A stretch of DNA of 10,038 bases from a candidate division WOR-3 bacterium (lineage in GTDB: Bacteria > Hydrothermota > Hydrothermia > Hydrothermales > Hydrothermaceae), in contig JBDRZD010000055.1 of assembly GCA_039803745.1 (NCBI GenBank), positions 1-10,038 on the forward strand, read 5' to 3'. Shown here piece by piece: positions 1 to 7,302 of the stretch (position 1 is its first letter; each line of letters begins with the position of its first letter). The notes under the pieces are model-generated. The model was not told the origin of the DNA and made no database searches. It saw nothing but the letters and a program-made list of their open reading frames with translations. The position numbers and the translations under genes are program-made.

Positions 1-1
1 A

Positions 2-74
2 CTCCCCGGGCAGGACTCGAACCTGCAACCTTCGGGTTAACAGCCCGCCGCTCTACCTGTTGAGCTACCGGGGA
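2..74 (-). tRNA. tRNA-Asn (anticodon GTT), CCA not encoded
   Basis: The reverse complement folds into a full cloverleaf. Acceptor stem TCCCCGG/CCGGGGA, D arm GCTC-AACAGGTA-GAGC, anticodon arm GCGGG-CTGTTAA-CCCGA (GTT at 41..39), variable loop AGGTT, T arm GCAGG-TTCGAGT-CCTGC, discriminator G at position 2. U1-A72 and G73 are typical of bacterial tRNA-Asn. Confidence 0.97.
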
Positions 75-87
75 ATAAAGTATATAA

Positions 88-116
88 ATTATAAAGGAAA
101 AAATAAAAAATTTCAA
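88..116 (-). promoter_or_regulatory. sigma70-type promoter for tRNA-Asn
   Basis: The minus strand reads TTGAAA (116..111)-N17-TATAAT (93..88), ending 13 nt upstream of the mature tRNA 5' end. Confidence 0.75.
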
Positions 117-121
117 ATTGT

Positions 122-151
122 TTGGATAATTTTATTGATTTTCTTTAAAAT
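122..151 (+). promoter_or_regulatory. candidate sigma70-type promoter for the natA-natB-nikR-channel operon
   Basis: TTGGAT (122-127)-N18-TAAAAT (146-151), with 9 nt between the -10 and the ATG at 161. The AT-rich background weakens the call. Confidence 0.45.
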
Positions 152-160
152 TTAATTTTT

Positions 161-895
161 ATGGAAAGTAAAATTCTTGTAAAAGAAATAAAAAAATATT
201 TTTATTCAAAAAAGGGTATTGTAAAAGCAGTTGATGGTGTTTCTTTTGATGTAAGAGAAGGAGAAATTTTTGCCCTTTTGGGTCCAAATGGTGCAGGAAA
301 GACAACAACATTAAGGATTCTTGCAACAATTTTAAAGCCTGATTCTGGTGAAGCCTTTATAAATGGATATAATATTTTAAAGGAGCCTGAAAAAGTAAGG
401 GAGTCAATTGGTTTTTTACCTGGTGATACAGGTCTTTATCATAGATTAACACCCTCTGAATTTGTTGAAATATTTGCAAGTTTATATGGAATTCCAAAGG
501 ATATAATAAATAAAAGGAAAAAGGAAGTTTTTGAAGCACTTGGAATTGAAAGGTATTCAAAAACAATAATTGATAAACTTTCACAGGGAACAAAACAAAA
601 GGTTCTTTTAGCAAAAATTCTTGTATCTGATCCACCAATTTTAATTCTTGATGAACCTGCACAGGGGCTTGATGTTGTTGCTGCTAAACTTATTGAAGAA
701 TATCTTTTGAAATTAAAAAAGGAAGGAAAAACAATTTTAATTTCTACTCATATTATGGAACAGGCAGAATATCTTGCTGATAGGATAGGGATTATAAATG
801 AGGGTAAGATAACTTATATTGGAGAAATTGAAAATATGAGAGAAAAAACAGGTAAAAAGACTTTAAGGGAAATGTTTTTAACTCTTCTTAAATGA
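161..895 (+). CDS. natA: ABC transporter ATP-binding protein, NatA-like (ABC-2 exporter family)
   Basis: Walker A GPNGAGKTT, signature LSQGT, Walker B/D-loop ILILDEP, H-loop ISTH, and N-terminal AVDGVSF. It overlaps a NatB-like permease gene by ATGA. Substrate is not established from sequence. Confidence 0.88.
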   Translation: MESKILVKEIKKYFYSKKGIVKAVDGVSFDVREGEIFALLGPNGAGKTTTLRILATILKPDSGEAFINGYNILKEPEKVRESIGFLPGDTGLYHRLTPSEFVEIFASLYGIPKDIINKRKKEVFEALGIERYSKTIIDKLSQGTKQKVLLAKILVSDPPILILDEPAQGLDVVAAKLIEEYLLKLKKEGKTILISTHIMEQAEYLADRIGIINEGKITYIGEIENMREKTGKKTLREMFLTLLK

Positions 896-2052
896 AAGCA
901 CTTTTTAAAAAGGAATTTCTTGATGTTTTAAGGGATAAAAGAACGATAATAAATATGATAATAATACCTGTTTTTGGTATTCCCTTTTTAATGGTTTTTA
1001 TGGGCGGAATAATGAGTAAGTCAATTAAAGAACTTGGACAAAAGAAATATAAAATAGGGTTTTATGAGAAATTTGAATTTAAAGAAATAAGGGATATTTT
1101 AAAGGATTTAAATTTTGAGATTTTTGAAACAAATGAACCTGAATCTCTTTTAATTAAAAAGAAAATAGATGCAGGAATTGTTGTTGATAAAAAAGAAGAT
1201 AAGTTTTTTGTTGAAATTATATATCTTATTAAAAAGGAGGGATCTGAATTTGCAAGGATAAAGTTAAAAAAGGCACTTGATCTTTTTAAAGAAAAATTGT
1301 TTAATGAAAAACTTGAAGAAAAAGGAATAAAACCAAAAGAATTAATACCTTTTTTATTATCAGAAAGAGGAATTGAATCTCCTAAGGGATTTTTTGGCTT
1401 CTTTTTTGGAACATTTTTAGGATACATAATAGTTATTTTGATGGTAACATCTGCAATGTATCCAGCAATTGACCTTGTTACAGGTGAAAAGGAAAGGAGA
1501 ACCCTTGAAATTTTGCTTTCTTCACCTGCAGGAATAAACAGAATTATAATATCAAAAATTTTTGTTGTAACAGTTATTTCATTTATAACAGCAATACTTA
1601 CAACAATTTCATTTTCCATAACCCTTTTAAAAAGTGGTTTTTTAATGGAAGAAGGTATTTCGCAAATATCAATATTTAAAGTAATAAGTATTAAAGAAAT
1701 AATCATTATTTCATCGCTTATAATTCCCTTTGCATTTTTGATTTCATCAGTAGAAATAGCAATATCCTCCTATGCAAGGAGTTATAAAGAGGCACAGAGC
1801 CTTTTGACACCCCTTACATTTGCTGTAATAATACCTGCCTTTTATTCCCTTGTTCCCTCCGTGAGTTTTTCTCCTTATCATTTTTTAATTCCTGTTTTGA
1901 ATATTGCAATCACCATAAAAAAAATTCTTCAGGGAGAATTTGTATTAATTGAATATCTTATAACACTTTTCTCTAATATTTTTTATATGTTAATTGCTTT
2001 TATTTATAGCGTAAATACATTTAAGAAAGAAAAGATAATTTTTAGAGTTTAA
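892..2052 (+). CDS. natB: ABC-2 type permease, NatB-like (putative Na+ or other export)
   Basis: N-terminal KKEFLDVLRDKRT, one TM helix, a large extracytoplasmic domain, then about 5 TM helices. It contains PAIDLVTGEKERRTLEILLSSP and ARSYKEAQ, motifs characteristic of NatB-like permeases. Confidence 0.85.
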   Translation: MKALFKKEFLDVLRDKRTIINMIIIPVFGIPFLMVFMGGIMSKSIKELGQKKYKIGFYEKFEFKEIRDILKDLNFEIFETNEPESLLIKKKIDAGIVVDKKEDKFFVEIIYLIKKEGSEFARIKLKKALDLFKEKLFNEKLEEKGIKPKELIPFLLSERGIESPKGFFGFFFGTFLGYIIVILMVTSAMYPAIDLVTGEKERRTLEILLSSPAGINRIIISKIFVVTVISFITAILTTISFSITLLKSGFLMEEGISQISIFKVISIKEIIIISSLIIPFAFLISSVEIAISSYARSYKEAQSLLTPLTFAVIIPAFYSLVPSVSFSPYHFLIPVLNIAITIKKILQGEFVLIEYLITLFSNIFYMLIAFIYSVNTFKKEKIIFRV

Positions 2053-2055
2053 TTT

Positions 2056-2448
2056 ATGAAGAAAAGGTTTGGTGTTTCAATTGATGATAGTATTTTAAAA
2101 GAAATTAATATATTTTTGAAAAAAGGAGGATATAGGTCTCGTTCCCATTTAATTGAAGAACTTTTAACAGGATGGATAAGGGAAAGAAAATGGGAAAAGG
2201 GAAAGGGGGAAGTTTATGGTATTTTAATAATGGTTTATGAGCACGAGAAGAGGGAAATTTCAAAAAAACTTTTAGAAAAGGGGCATAAACATTATGATGA
2301 GATAATATCAACACTTCATATTCATATTGATGAGAGGAATTGTCTTGAGATATCAGTTTTAAGGGGAAAACCTTTTAGAATAAGAAAAATTTCTGATGAG
2401 ATAATTTCAACAAAAGGTGTTAAATACGGTAAACTTTTAAAAGTTTGA
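2056..2448 (+). CDS. nikR: nickel-responsive transcriptional regulator NikR
   Basis: N-terminal ribbon-helix-helix (RFGVSID...GYRSRS). C-terminal ACT-like domain with the four Ni ligands H77, H88, H90 and C96 (GH...STLHIHID..NCLE), and a KGVKYGKL ending. Confidence 0.93.
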   Translation: MKKRFGVSIDDSILKEINIFLKKGGYRSRSHLIEELLTGWIRERKWEKGKGEVYGILIMVYEHEKREISKKLLEKGHKHYDEIISTLHIHIDERNCLEISVLRGKPFRIRKISDEIISTKGVKYGKLLKV

Positions 2449-3413
2449 TGAGAATTTTTATAAATATTATTGGAATAATTTTTTTAATTCTTATAGGAAC
2501 AATTGGTTATATTTTAATAGAGAAGATTAATTTTATTGATGCGCTTTATCAAACAGTTATAACAATAACAACCGTTGGATTCAGAGAAGTAAAACCCCTT
2601 ACCAATTTAGGGAAGATATTTACAATTTTTTATCTTATTTTTGGTCTTGGTTTTGTTTCGTATACAATTTTAAATATTGGACAGAAATTTTTTGAAACAA
2701 CCCTTTTTGATTTTTTAACAAGAAGTAGGAGGAGTTTAAGAAAAATGGAAGGACATTTTATAATATGTGGTTTTGGAAGGCTTGGACAGTTTGTTTCAAA
2801 AGAACTTGAAAAGGAAAAGAAAGAGTTTATTGTTATAGAAAAGTCCCCTGAATGTATTGAAATATTGAGAGAGAAGGGGTATGCCTTTATAGAGGGTGAT
2901 GCAAGGGAAGAAGAAATTCTTTTGAAAGCAGGCATTAAAAGGGCAAAGGGTATTGCTACGCTTCTGGGTAATGATGCTGATAACCTTTATATTGTTTTTA
3001 CAGCAAGAGAATTGAATCCCCGTATATTAATAGTTTCAAAGGCAGAGGATGAACTTTCTTATAAAAAACTCATAAAGGCAGGTGCAAACAGGGTAATTTT
3101 ACCTTATGAAGAAGGAGGGATAAAGATTGCCCAGACTCTTTTAAGACCTAATCTTTTGGAATTTGTTGATTTCATTGTTCAAAGACAGCATTTAACTTTG
3201 AGGGTTGAAGAAATAGAGATAAAAGAAGACCATGAATTTTCTGGTAAAAAATTAAGAGATTCCGGCCTGAGGGAAAAATATGGAATGATAGCAATTGCAA
3301 TAAGAAAGGGTGATAATATGATTTTTAATCCCGGTCCTGAAGAAATTTTAAATCCTGGTGATATAATTATTCTTATGGGAGAAATAAAAAATTTTGAAAA
3401 AATTAAGTTCTAG
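2448..3413 (+). CDS. 2TM potassium-channel-family protein with RCK (TrkA-N/TrkA-C) domains, MthK/Kch-like
   Basis: TM1, pore helix DALYQTVITITTVGFREV, TM2, RCK-N Rossmann motif HFIICGFGRLG with GDA...L..AGI..A and DADN, then RCK-C. The likely start is ATG 2448 (TGATG overlap with the nikR stop). The ORF-track start at 2445 is an in-frame TTG. Confidence 0.9.
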   Translation: MRIFINIIGIIFLILIGTIGYILIEKINFIDALYQTVITITTVGFREVKPLTNLGKIFTIFYLIFGLGFVSYTILNIGQKFFETTLFDFLTRSRRSLRKMEGHFIICGFGRLGQFVSKELEKEKKEFIVIEKSPECIEILREKGYAFIEGDAREEEILLKAGIKRAKGIATLLGNDADNLYIVFTARELNPRILIVSKAEDELSYKKLIKAGANRVILPYEEGGIKIAQTLLRPNLLEFVDFIVQRQHLTLRVEEIEIKEDHEFSGKKLRDSGLREKYGMIAIAIRKGDNMIFNPGPEEILNPGDIIILMGEIKNFEKIKF

Positions 3414-3414
3414 A

Positions 3415-4440
3415 CTATTTTTTTGTTTTTGTTTCTTTAATTTCTTCCTCTTTTATAATTCCTAATTTTTTCTTTATTTCTATTTCAATTTCTTTTGCAA
3501 GTTCTTTATTTTCTTCAAGTAATTTTCTTGCATTATCTCTACCTTGCCCCAATTGCTGTCCTTTATAAGAATACCATGTTCCTGCCCTTTCAATAATTCC
3601 TAAATCAAGCCCCATATCTATTATCTCACCTTCCCTTGAAATTCCTTTTCCAAAGAGTATATCAAATTCTGCTTCTTTAAAAGGTGGTGCAAGTTTATTC
3701 TTTACAACTTTCACTTTTACCCTGCTTCCTATATTTTCTTCCCCAACTTTTATTGTTGATAGTTTTCTTATATCAAGTCTTACAGAGGCATGGAATTTTA
3801 ATGCAAGCCCGCCCGGTGTTGTTTCAGGGGAACCAAATAAAACACCTATTTTATGCCTTACTTGGTTTACAAATATTGCACATGTTCCTGATTTTGATAA
3901 AACACCTGCAAGTTTTCTCATTGCCTGTGACATAAGGCGTGCCTGAAGTCCTATCTGCATATCACCCATTTCACCTTCAATCTCTGCTTTTGGAACAAGT
4001 GCTGCAACAGAATCAACAACTATTATATCAATTCCACCACTTCTTACAAGGCTTTCTGCGATTTCAAGTGCCTGCTCACCTGTATCAGGCTGAGAGATAT
4101 ATAACTCGTCAAGATTCACTCCTACCTTCTGAGCATAATGAGGGTCCAATGCATGCTCTGCATCAATGAAAAGTGCTGTTCCACCTTCTTTTTGTATTTC
4201 AGCAATTGCATGGAGTGCAAGTGTTGTTTTTCCTGTTCCTTCAAGCCCAAATATTTCAATTATCCTTCCTTTTGGATAACCACCTACACCAAGAGCAATA
4301 TCAAGTCCAATAGAGCCTGTTGGAATAACAGGAATTTTTTCAACCTTTGCTTCACCTAATCTCATCACGCTTCCCTTTCCATATTGTTTTTCTATTTGTT
4401 TTAAAGCAGTTTCAATTGCTTTCCTTTTATCCTCTTTCAC
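3415..4440 (-). CDS. recA: recombinase RecA
   Basis: [75 protein letters not shown] and [14 protein letters not shown] start overlapping the fabF stop (GTGA), with an AGGAGG RBS. Confidence 0.99.
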   Translation of the reverse strand: MKEDKRKAIETALKQIEKQYGKGSVMRLGEAKVEKIPVIPTGSIGLDIALGVGGYPKGRIIEIFGLEGTGKTTLALHAIAEIQKEGGTALFIDAEHALDPHYAQKVGVNLDELYISQPDTGEQALEIAESLVRSGGIDIIVVDSVAALVPKAEIEGEMGDMQIGLQARLMSQAMRKLAGVLSKSGTCAIFVNQVRHKIGVLFGSPETTPGGLALKFHASVRLDIRKLSTIKVGEENIGSRVKVKVVKNKLAPPFKEAEFDILFGKGISREGEIIDMGLDLGIIERAGTWYSYKGQQLGQGRDNARKLLEENKELAKEIEIEIKKKLGIIKEEEIKETKTKK

Positions 4441-5690
4441 TTTCCCTCCTCAAATTTTTTAAATAAAAGAGAAGCATTATGCCCACCAAATCCAAAAGAA
4501 TTTGAGAGGGCATATCTTATATTTATTTTTCTTGCCCCATCCTTAACATAATCTAAGTCACATTCCGGGTCAGGATTTGTTAAATTTCTTGTTGGATGGA
4601 TTATTCCTTCTTTAATACTTAATGCAGTAACTGCTCCTTCAAGAGCACCTGCTGCACCTAATAGATGCCCTACAAGCGATTTTGTTGCATTCACAGGAAC
4701 TTTATATGCCCTTTCACCTAAAAGTTTTTTTATTGCAAGCGTCTCTGCTATATCCCCTCTTGGTGTTGCTGTTCCATGAGAATTTATATAATCTATTTCA
4801 TCAGGTGATATTCCTGCATCCTCTAATGCTTTTTTCATTGCCATATATGCTCCTTCTCCATCCTCACATGGAGCAGTTATGTGGTATGCATCAGCACTTG
4901 CTCCATAACCAACAATTTCTGCATATATTTTTGCCCCTCTTTTTAATGCAAAATTAAGTTCTTCAAGAACCAGAACTGCTGCTCCTTCACCCATTACAAA
5001 TCCATCCCTTTCTTTATCAAAAGGTCTTGATGCCTTATCAGGCTCATTGTTTCTTGTTGATAATGCCCTCATATTTGCAAATCCTGCAACACCAAGAGGC
5101 GTTATTGGTGCTTCTGCACCACCAACTATCATACAGTCTGCATCACCTCTTTGGATTATTTTAAAGGCTTCACCAATTGAATGGGCTGAGGATGCACAGG
5201 CAGATACGATTCCAAAATTTGGTCCTTTAAATCCATATTTTATTGAAATAACTCCTGATGCAATGTCAGGAATCATCATTGGAACTAAAAATGGTGAAAC
5301 CCTATCATAACCCTTTTTTAAAGCGATTTCTTTTTCATTTTCAAGAGTTTCAATTCCACCTATTCCTGACGAGATTATAACTCCAATTCTATATGGATTA
5401 TATATATTTTTTTCTAAAATTTTTGAATCAGAAAGAGCCTCTTCAGTTGCCCACAATGCATAAATCGTATATCTATCATTTCTTTTAATTTCTTTTTTAT
5501 CAAGTCTTTCAGTGGGATCAAAATTTTTTATTTCTGCTGCAATTCTTACAGGAAAAGATGAGACATCAAATCTTTCTATATAAGAAATTCCATTTTTTCC
5601 TTCAATAAAATTTTTGAAATTTTCCTCTTTTGTTTTTCCAAGTGATGTTAAAATACCTATTCCTGTAATTACTACCCTTCTTTTTTCCAT
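4437..5690 (-). CDS. fabF: 3-oxoacyl-ACP synthase II
   Basis: RRVVITGIG start, catalytic Cys in VSACASS, two catalytic His in NSHGTAT and [26 protein letters not shown], and [10 protein letters not shown]. Immediately follows acpP. Confidence 0.97.
   Translation of the reverse strand: MEKRRVVITGIGILTSLGKTKEENFKNFIEGKNGISYIERFDVSSFPVRIAAEIKNFDPTERLDKKEIKRNDRYTIYALWATEEALSDSKILEKNIYNPYRIGVIISSGIGGIETLENEKEIALKKGYDRVSPFLVPMMIPDIASGVISIKYGFKGPNFGIVSACASSAHSIGEAFKIIQRGDADCMIVGGAEAPITPLGVAGFANMRALSTRNNEPDKASRPFDKERDGFVMGEGAAVLVLEELNFALKRGAKIYAEIVGYGASADAYHITAPCEDGEGAYMAMKKALEDAGISPDEIDYINSHGTATPRGDIAETLAIKKLLGERAYKVPVNATKSLVGHLLGAAGALEGAVTALSIKEGIIHPTRNLTNPDPECDLDYVKDGARKINIRYALSNSFGFGGHNASLLFKKFEEGK
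4445..4451 (-). promoter_or_regulatory. Shine-Dalgarno site of recA, inside the fabF 3' end
   Basis: The minus strand reads GAGGAGG-GAAA-GTG. Confidence 0.8.
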
Positions 5691-5691
5691 A

Positions 5692-5928
5692 TTATTTTTT
5701 TAATTTATTTTCTATATAATTTACAGCATCCTGAACAGTTCTTATCTTTTCTGCATCCGTATCTGGTACTTCTATTCCAAATCTTTCCTCTATTTTCATT
5801 ATTAATTCAACAACATCAAGGGAGTCTGCTCCAAGGTCTTCCTGAAACCTTGCATCAGGTGTTACCTGTTCTGGTGTAACATCCAGTTCTTCCACGATGA
5901 TTTCTTTTAATGTTTCAAATACATTCAT
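5692..5928 (-). CDS. acpP: acyl carrier protein
   Basis: 78-aa acidic protein with the phosphopantetheine attachment motif [12 protein letters not shown] and a strong RBS. Confidence 0.98.
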   Translation of the reverse strand: MNVFETLKEIIVEELDVTPEQVTPDARFQEDLGADSLDVVELIMKIEERFGIEVPDTDAEKIRTVQDAVNYIENKLKK

Positions 5929-5934
5929 TTCAAA

Positions 5935-5941
5935 CCTCCTT
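5935..5941 (-). promoter_or_regulatory. Shine-Dalgarno site of acpP
   Basis: The minus strand reads AAGGAGG-TTTGAA-ATG. Confidence 0.88.
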
Positions 5942-5959
5942 TTCTTTATAAAGAGTTAA

Positions 5960-5989
5960 ATTATAAACTTAAACCATTAAAAATTTCAA
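5960..5989 (-). promoter_or_regulatory. sigma70-type promoter for acpP-fabF-recA
   Basis: The minus strand reads TTGAAA (5989..5984)-N18-TATAAT (5965..5960) in the 63-bp gltA-acpP gap. The hexamers and flanks match the tRNA promoter. Confidence 0.72.
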
Positions 5990-5991
5990 AA

Positions 5992-7290
5992 TTAAATTTT
6001 TTCTATATTCTCCTTAAGCCATTCAAGTGTTATAGATTTTGGTCTTTCAATTGCAAATCCAAGCGCCCTATCCCAGACAAGTTGTGCCAAGATTCCAAGT
6101 GCCCTTGATATTCCAAAGAAAACTGTATAAAATGGAAATTCTTTTATTCCATAATGGTATAAAACACAACCTGAATGGGCATCAACATTTGGATAAGGGT
6201 CTGCAACTTTTCCTGTTGCTTTAAGTATGTCAGGAACAACCTTATAAACTAAATCAACAATCTTAAAAATTGGATCATCTGGCATATATTTTAATGCAAA
6301 ATCTCTAAAGGCAATATATCTTGGATCAACCACTCTTAAAACTGCATGCCCAAAACCGGGTATTACTTCTCCTTTTTCAAGTGTTTCTTTTGTAAATTCT
6401 TCAACCTCTTTTTCTGTTATTTTACCTTTATATTTTTTCTTTAATTGAAGCAGCCATGCCATTGTATCCATATTTGCCCTTCCATGTAAAGGACCTGCAA
6501 GACCATTCATTGCTGCTGAAAAGGAATAATATACATCAGAAAGGGCTGATGCTACCAAGTGTCCTGTATGGGCTGATACATTTCCTCCTTCATGGTCTGC
6601 ATGTAAGAATAAATAAAGCCTCATAAGCTCATAAACTTCTTCGTTATCATAACCCATCATATGGGCAAGATTTGCAGCCCAGTCAAGTTTTTTATCTGGT
6701 TCTTTATGCTTTGAATCCTTATAAAGTCTTCTATATATAAAAGCGGCAATTACAGGAATCTTTGCAAGTAAATCAAGGGAATCTTCAAGGGTCATTTCCC
6801 AGTATTCTTCTTTTGCAAGTTTCCCTGCATCATATAATTTTGCGAATTTTGAAAAGTCTCTCAATGCAAGAACTCCCATGGAAAATAAAGCCATTGGATG
6901 GGATGTTTTTGGCATTGCCTTTAGCATTTTAAATACATAATCAGGGACATTCATTCTTTTATTGAGTTCTTTTTGAATTTCCTTAACCTCTTCCATTGTG
7001 GGAATATCACCTGTTAAAAGTAAATAAAATAGACCCTCTGGAAGGGGCTCATCCTTAACTTTTGGAAGTTTTTCCCTTAATTCTGGTATTGTATATCCTC
7101 TATAAAAAATTCCCTTTTGAGGATCAACATAAGAGCCTTCCCATATCATGCATTTTACACCCCTCATTCCCCTGAATATCTGATCAACAGTAACCTGTGA
7201 GACAACCTTATTACCATATTTTTCTCTTATTTCTTTTATTTCTTTTCTCCTTATTTCTATTTTTTCTCTTAAAACTTCCTTTAATTTCAT
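5992..7290 (-). CDS. gltA: citrate (Si)-synthase, eukaryotic (mitochondrial-like) type
   Basis: GMRG...EPLPEGLFYLLLTGDIPT, DWAANLAHMMG, HADHEGGNVSAHTGHLVASALSD, GLAGPLHG (catalytic His), PGFGHAVLR..DPRY (catalytic His), PNVDAHSG (catalytic Asp), and DRALGFAIERPKS. Confidence 0.96.
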   Translation of the reverse strand: MKLKEVLREKIEIRRKEIKEIREKYGNKVVSQVTVDQIFRGMRGVKCMIWEGSYVDPQKGIFYRGYTIPELREKLPKVKDEPLPEGLFYLLLTGDIPTMEEVKEIQKELNKRMNVPDYVFKMLKAMPKTSHPMALFSMGVLALRDFSKFAKLYDAGKLAKEEYWEMTLEDSLDLLAKIPVIAAFIYRRLYKDSKHKEPDKKLDWAANLAHMMGYDNEEVYELMRLYLFLHADHEGGNVSAHTGHLVASALSDVYYSFSAAMNGLAGPLHGRANMDTMAWLLQLKKKYKGKITEKEVEEFTKETLEKGEVIPGFGHAVLRVVDPRYIAFRDFALKYMPDDPIFKIVDLVYKVVPDILKATGKVADPYPNVDAHSGCVLYHYGIKEFPFYTVFFGISRALGILAQLVWDRALGFAIERPKSITLEWLKENIEKI

Positions 7291-7294
7291 AAAA

Positions 7295-7301
7295 CCTCCT
7301 T
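7295..7301 (-). promoter_or_regulatory. Shine-Dalgarno site of citrate synthase
   Basis: The minus strand reads AAGGAGG-TTTT-ATG in the 12-bp gap after the kinase stop. Confidence 0.85.
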
Positions 7302-7302
7302 T

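Noticed and set aside
1..160. tRNA-associated genomic island or prophage
   Set aside because: No integrase, tRNA 3' duplication or compositional shift is visible. The window lies on the 5' side of the tRNA.
1062..1706. 214-aa minus-strand ORF antisense to natB
   Set aside because: Shadow ORF of a well-supported gene, with Ile/Ser/Phe-biased sequence, no motifs and no RBS.
1942..1966. Imperfect palindrome GTATTA-N13-TAACAC about 90 bp upstream of nikR as a possible NikR operator
   Set aside because: It lies inside natB, has one mismatch, a spacer shorter than I would expect for a NikR operator, and no convincing overlapping promoter. It is compatible with chance in AT-rich DNA.
3415..4440. 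Intein or intron in recA
   Set aside because: The protein is normal length (341 aa) and colinear with canonical RecA.
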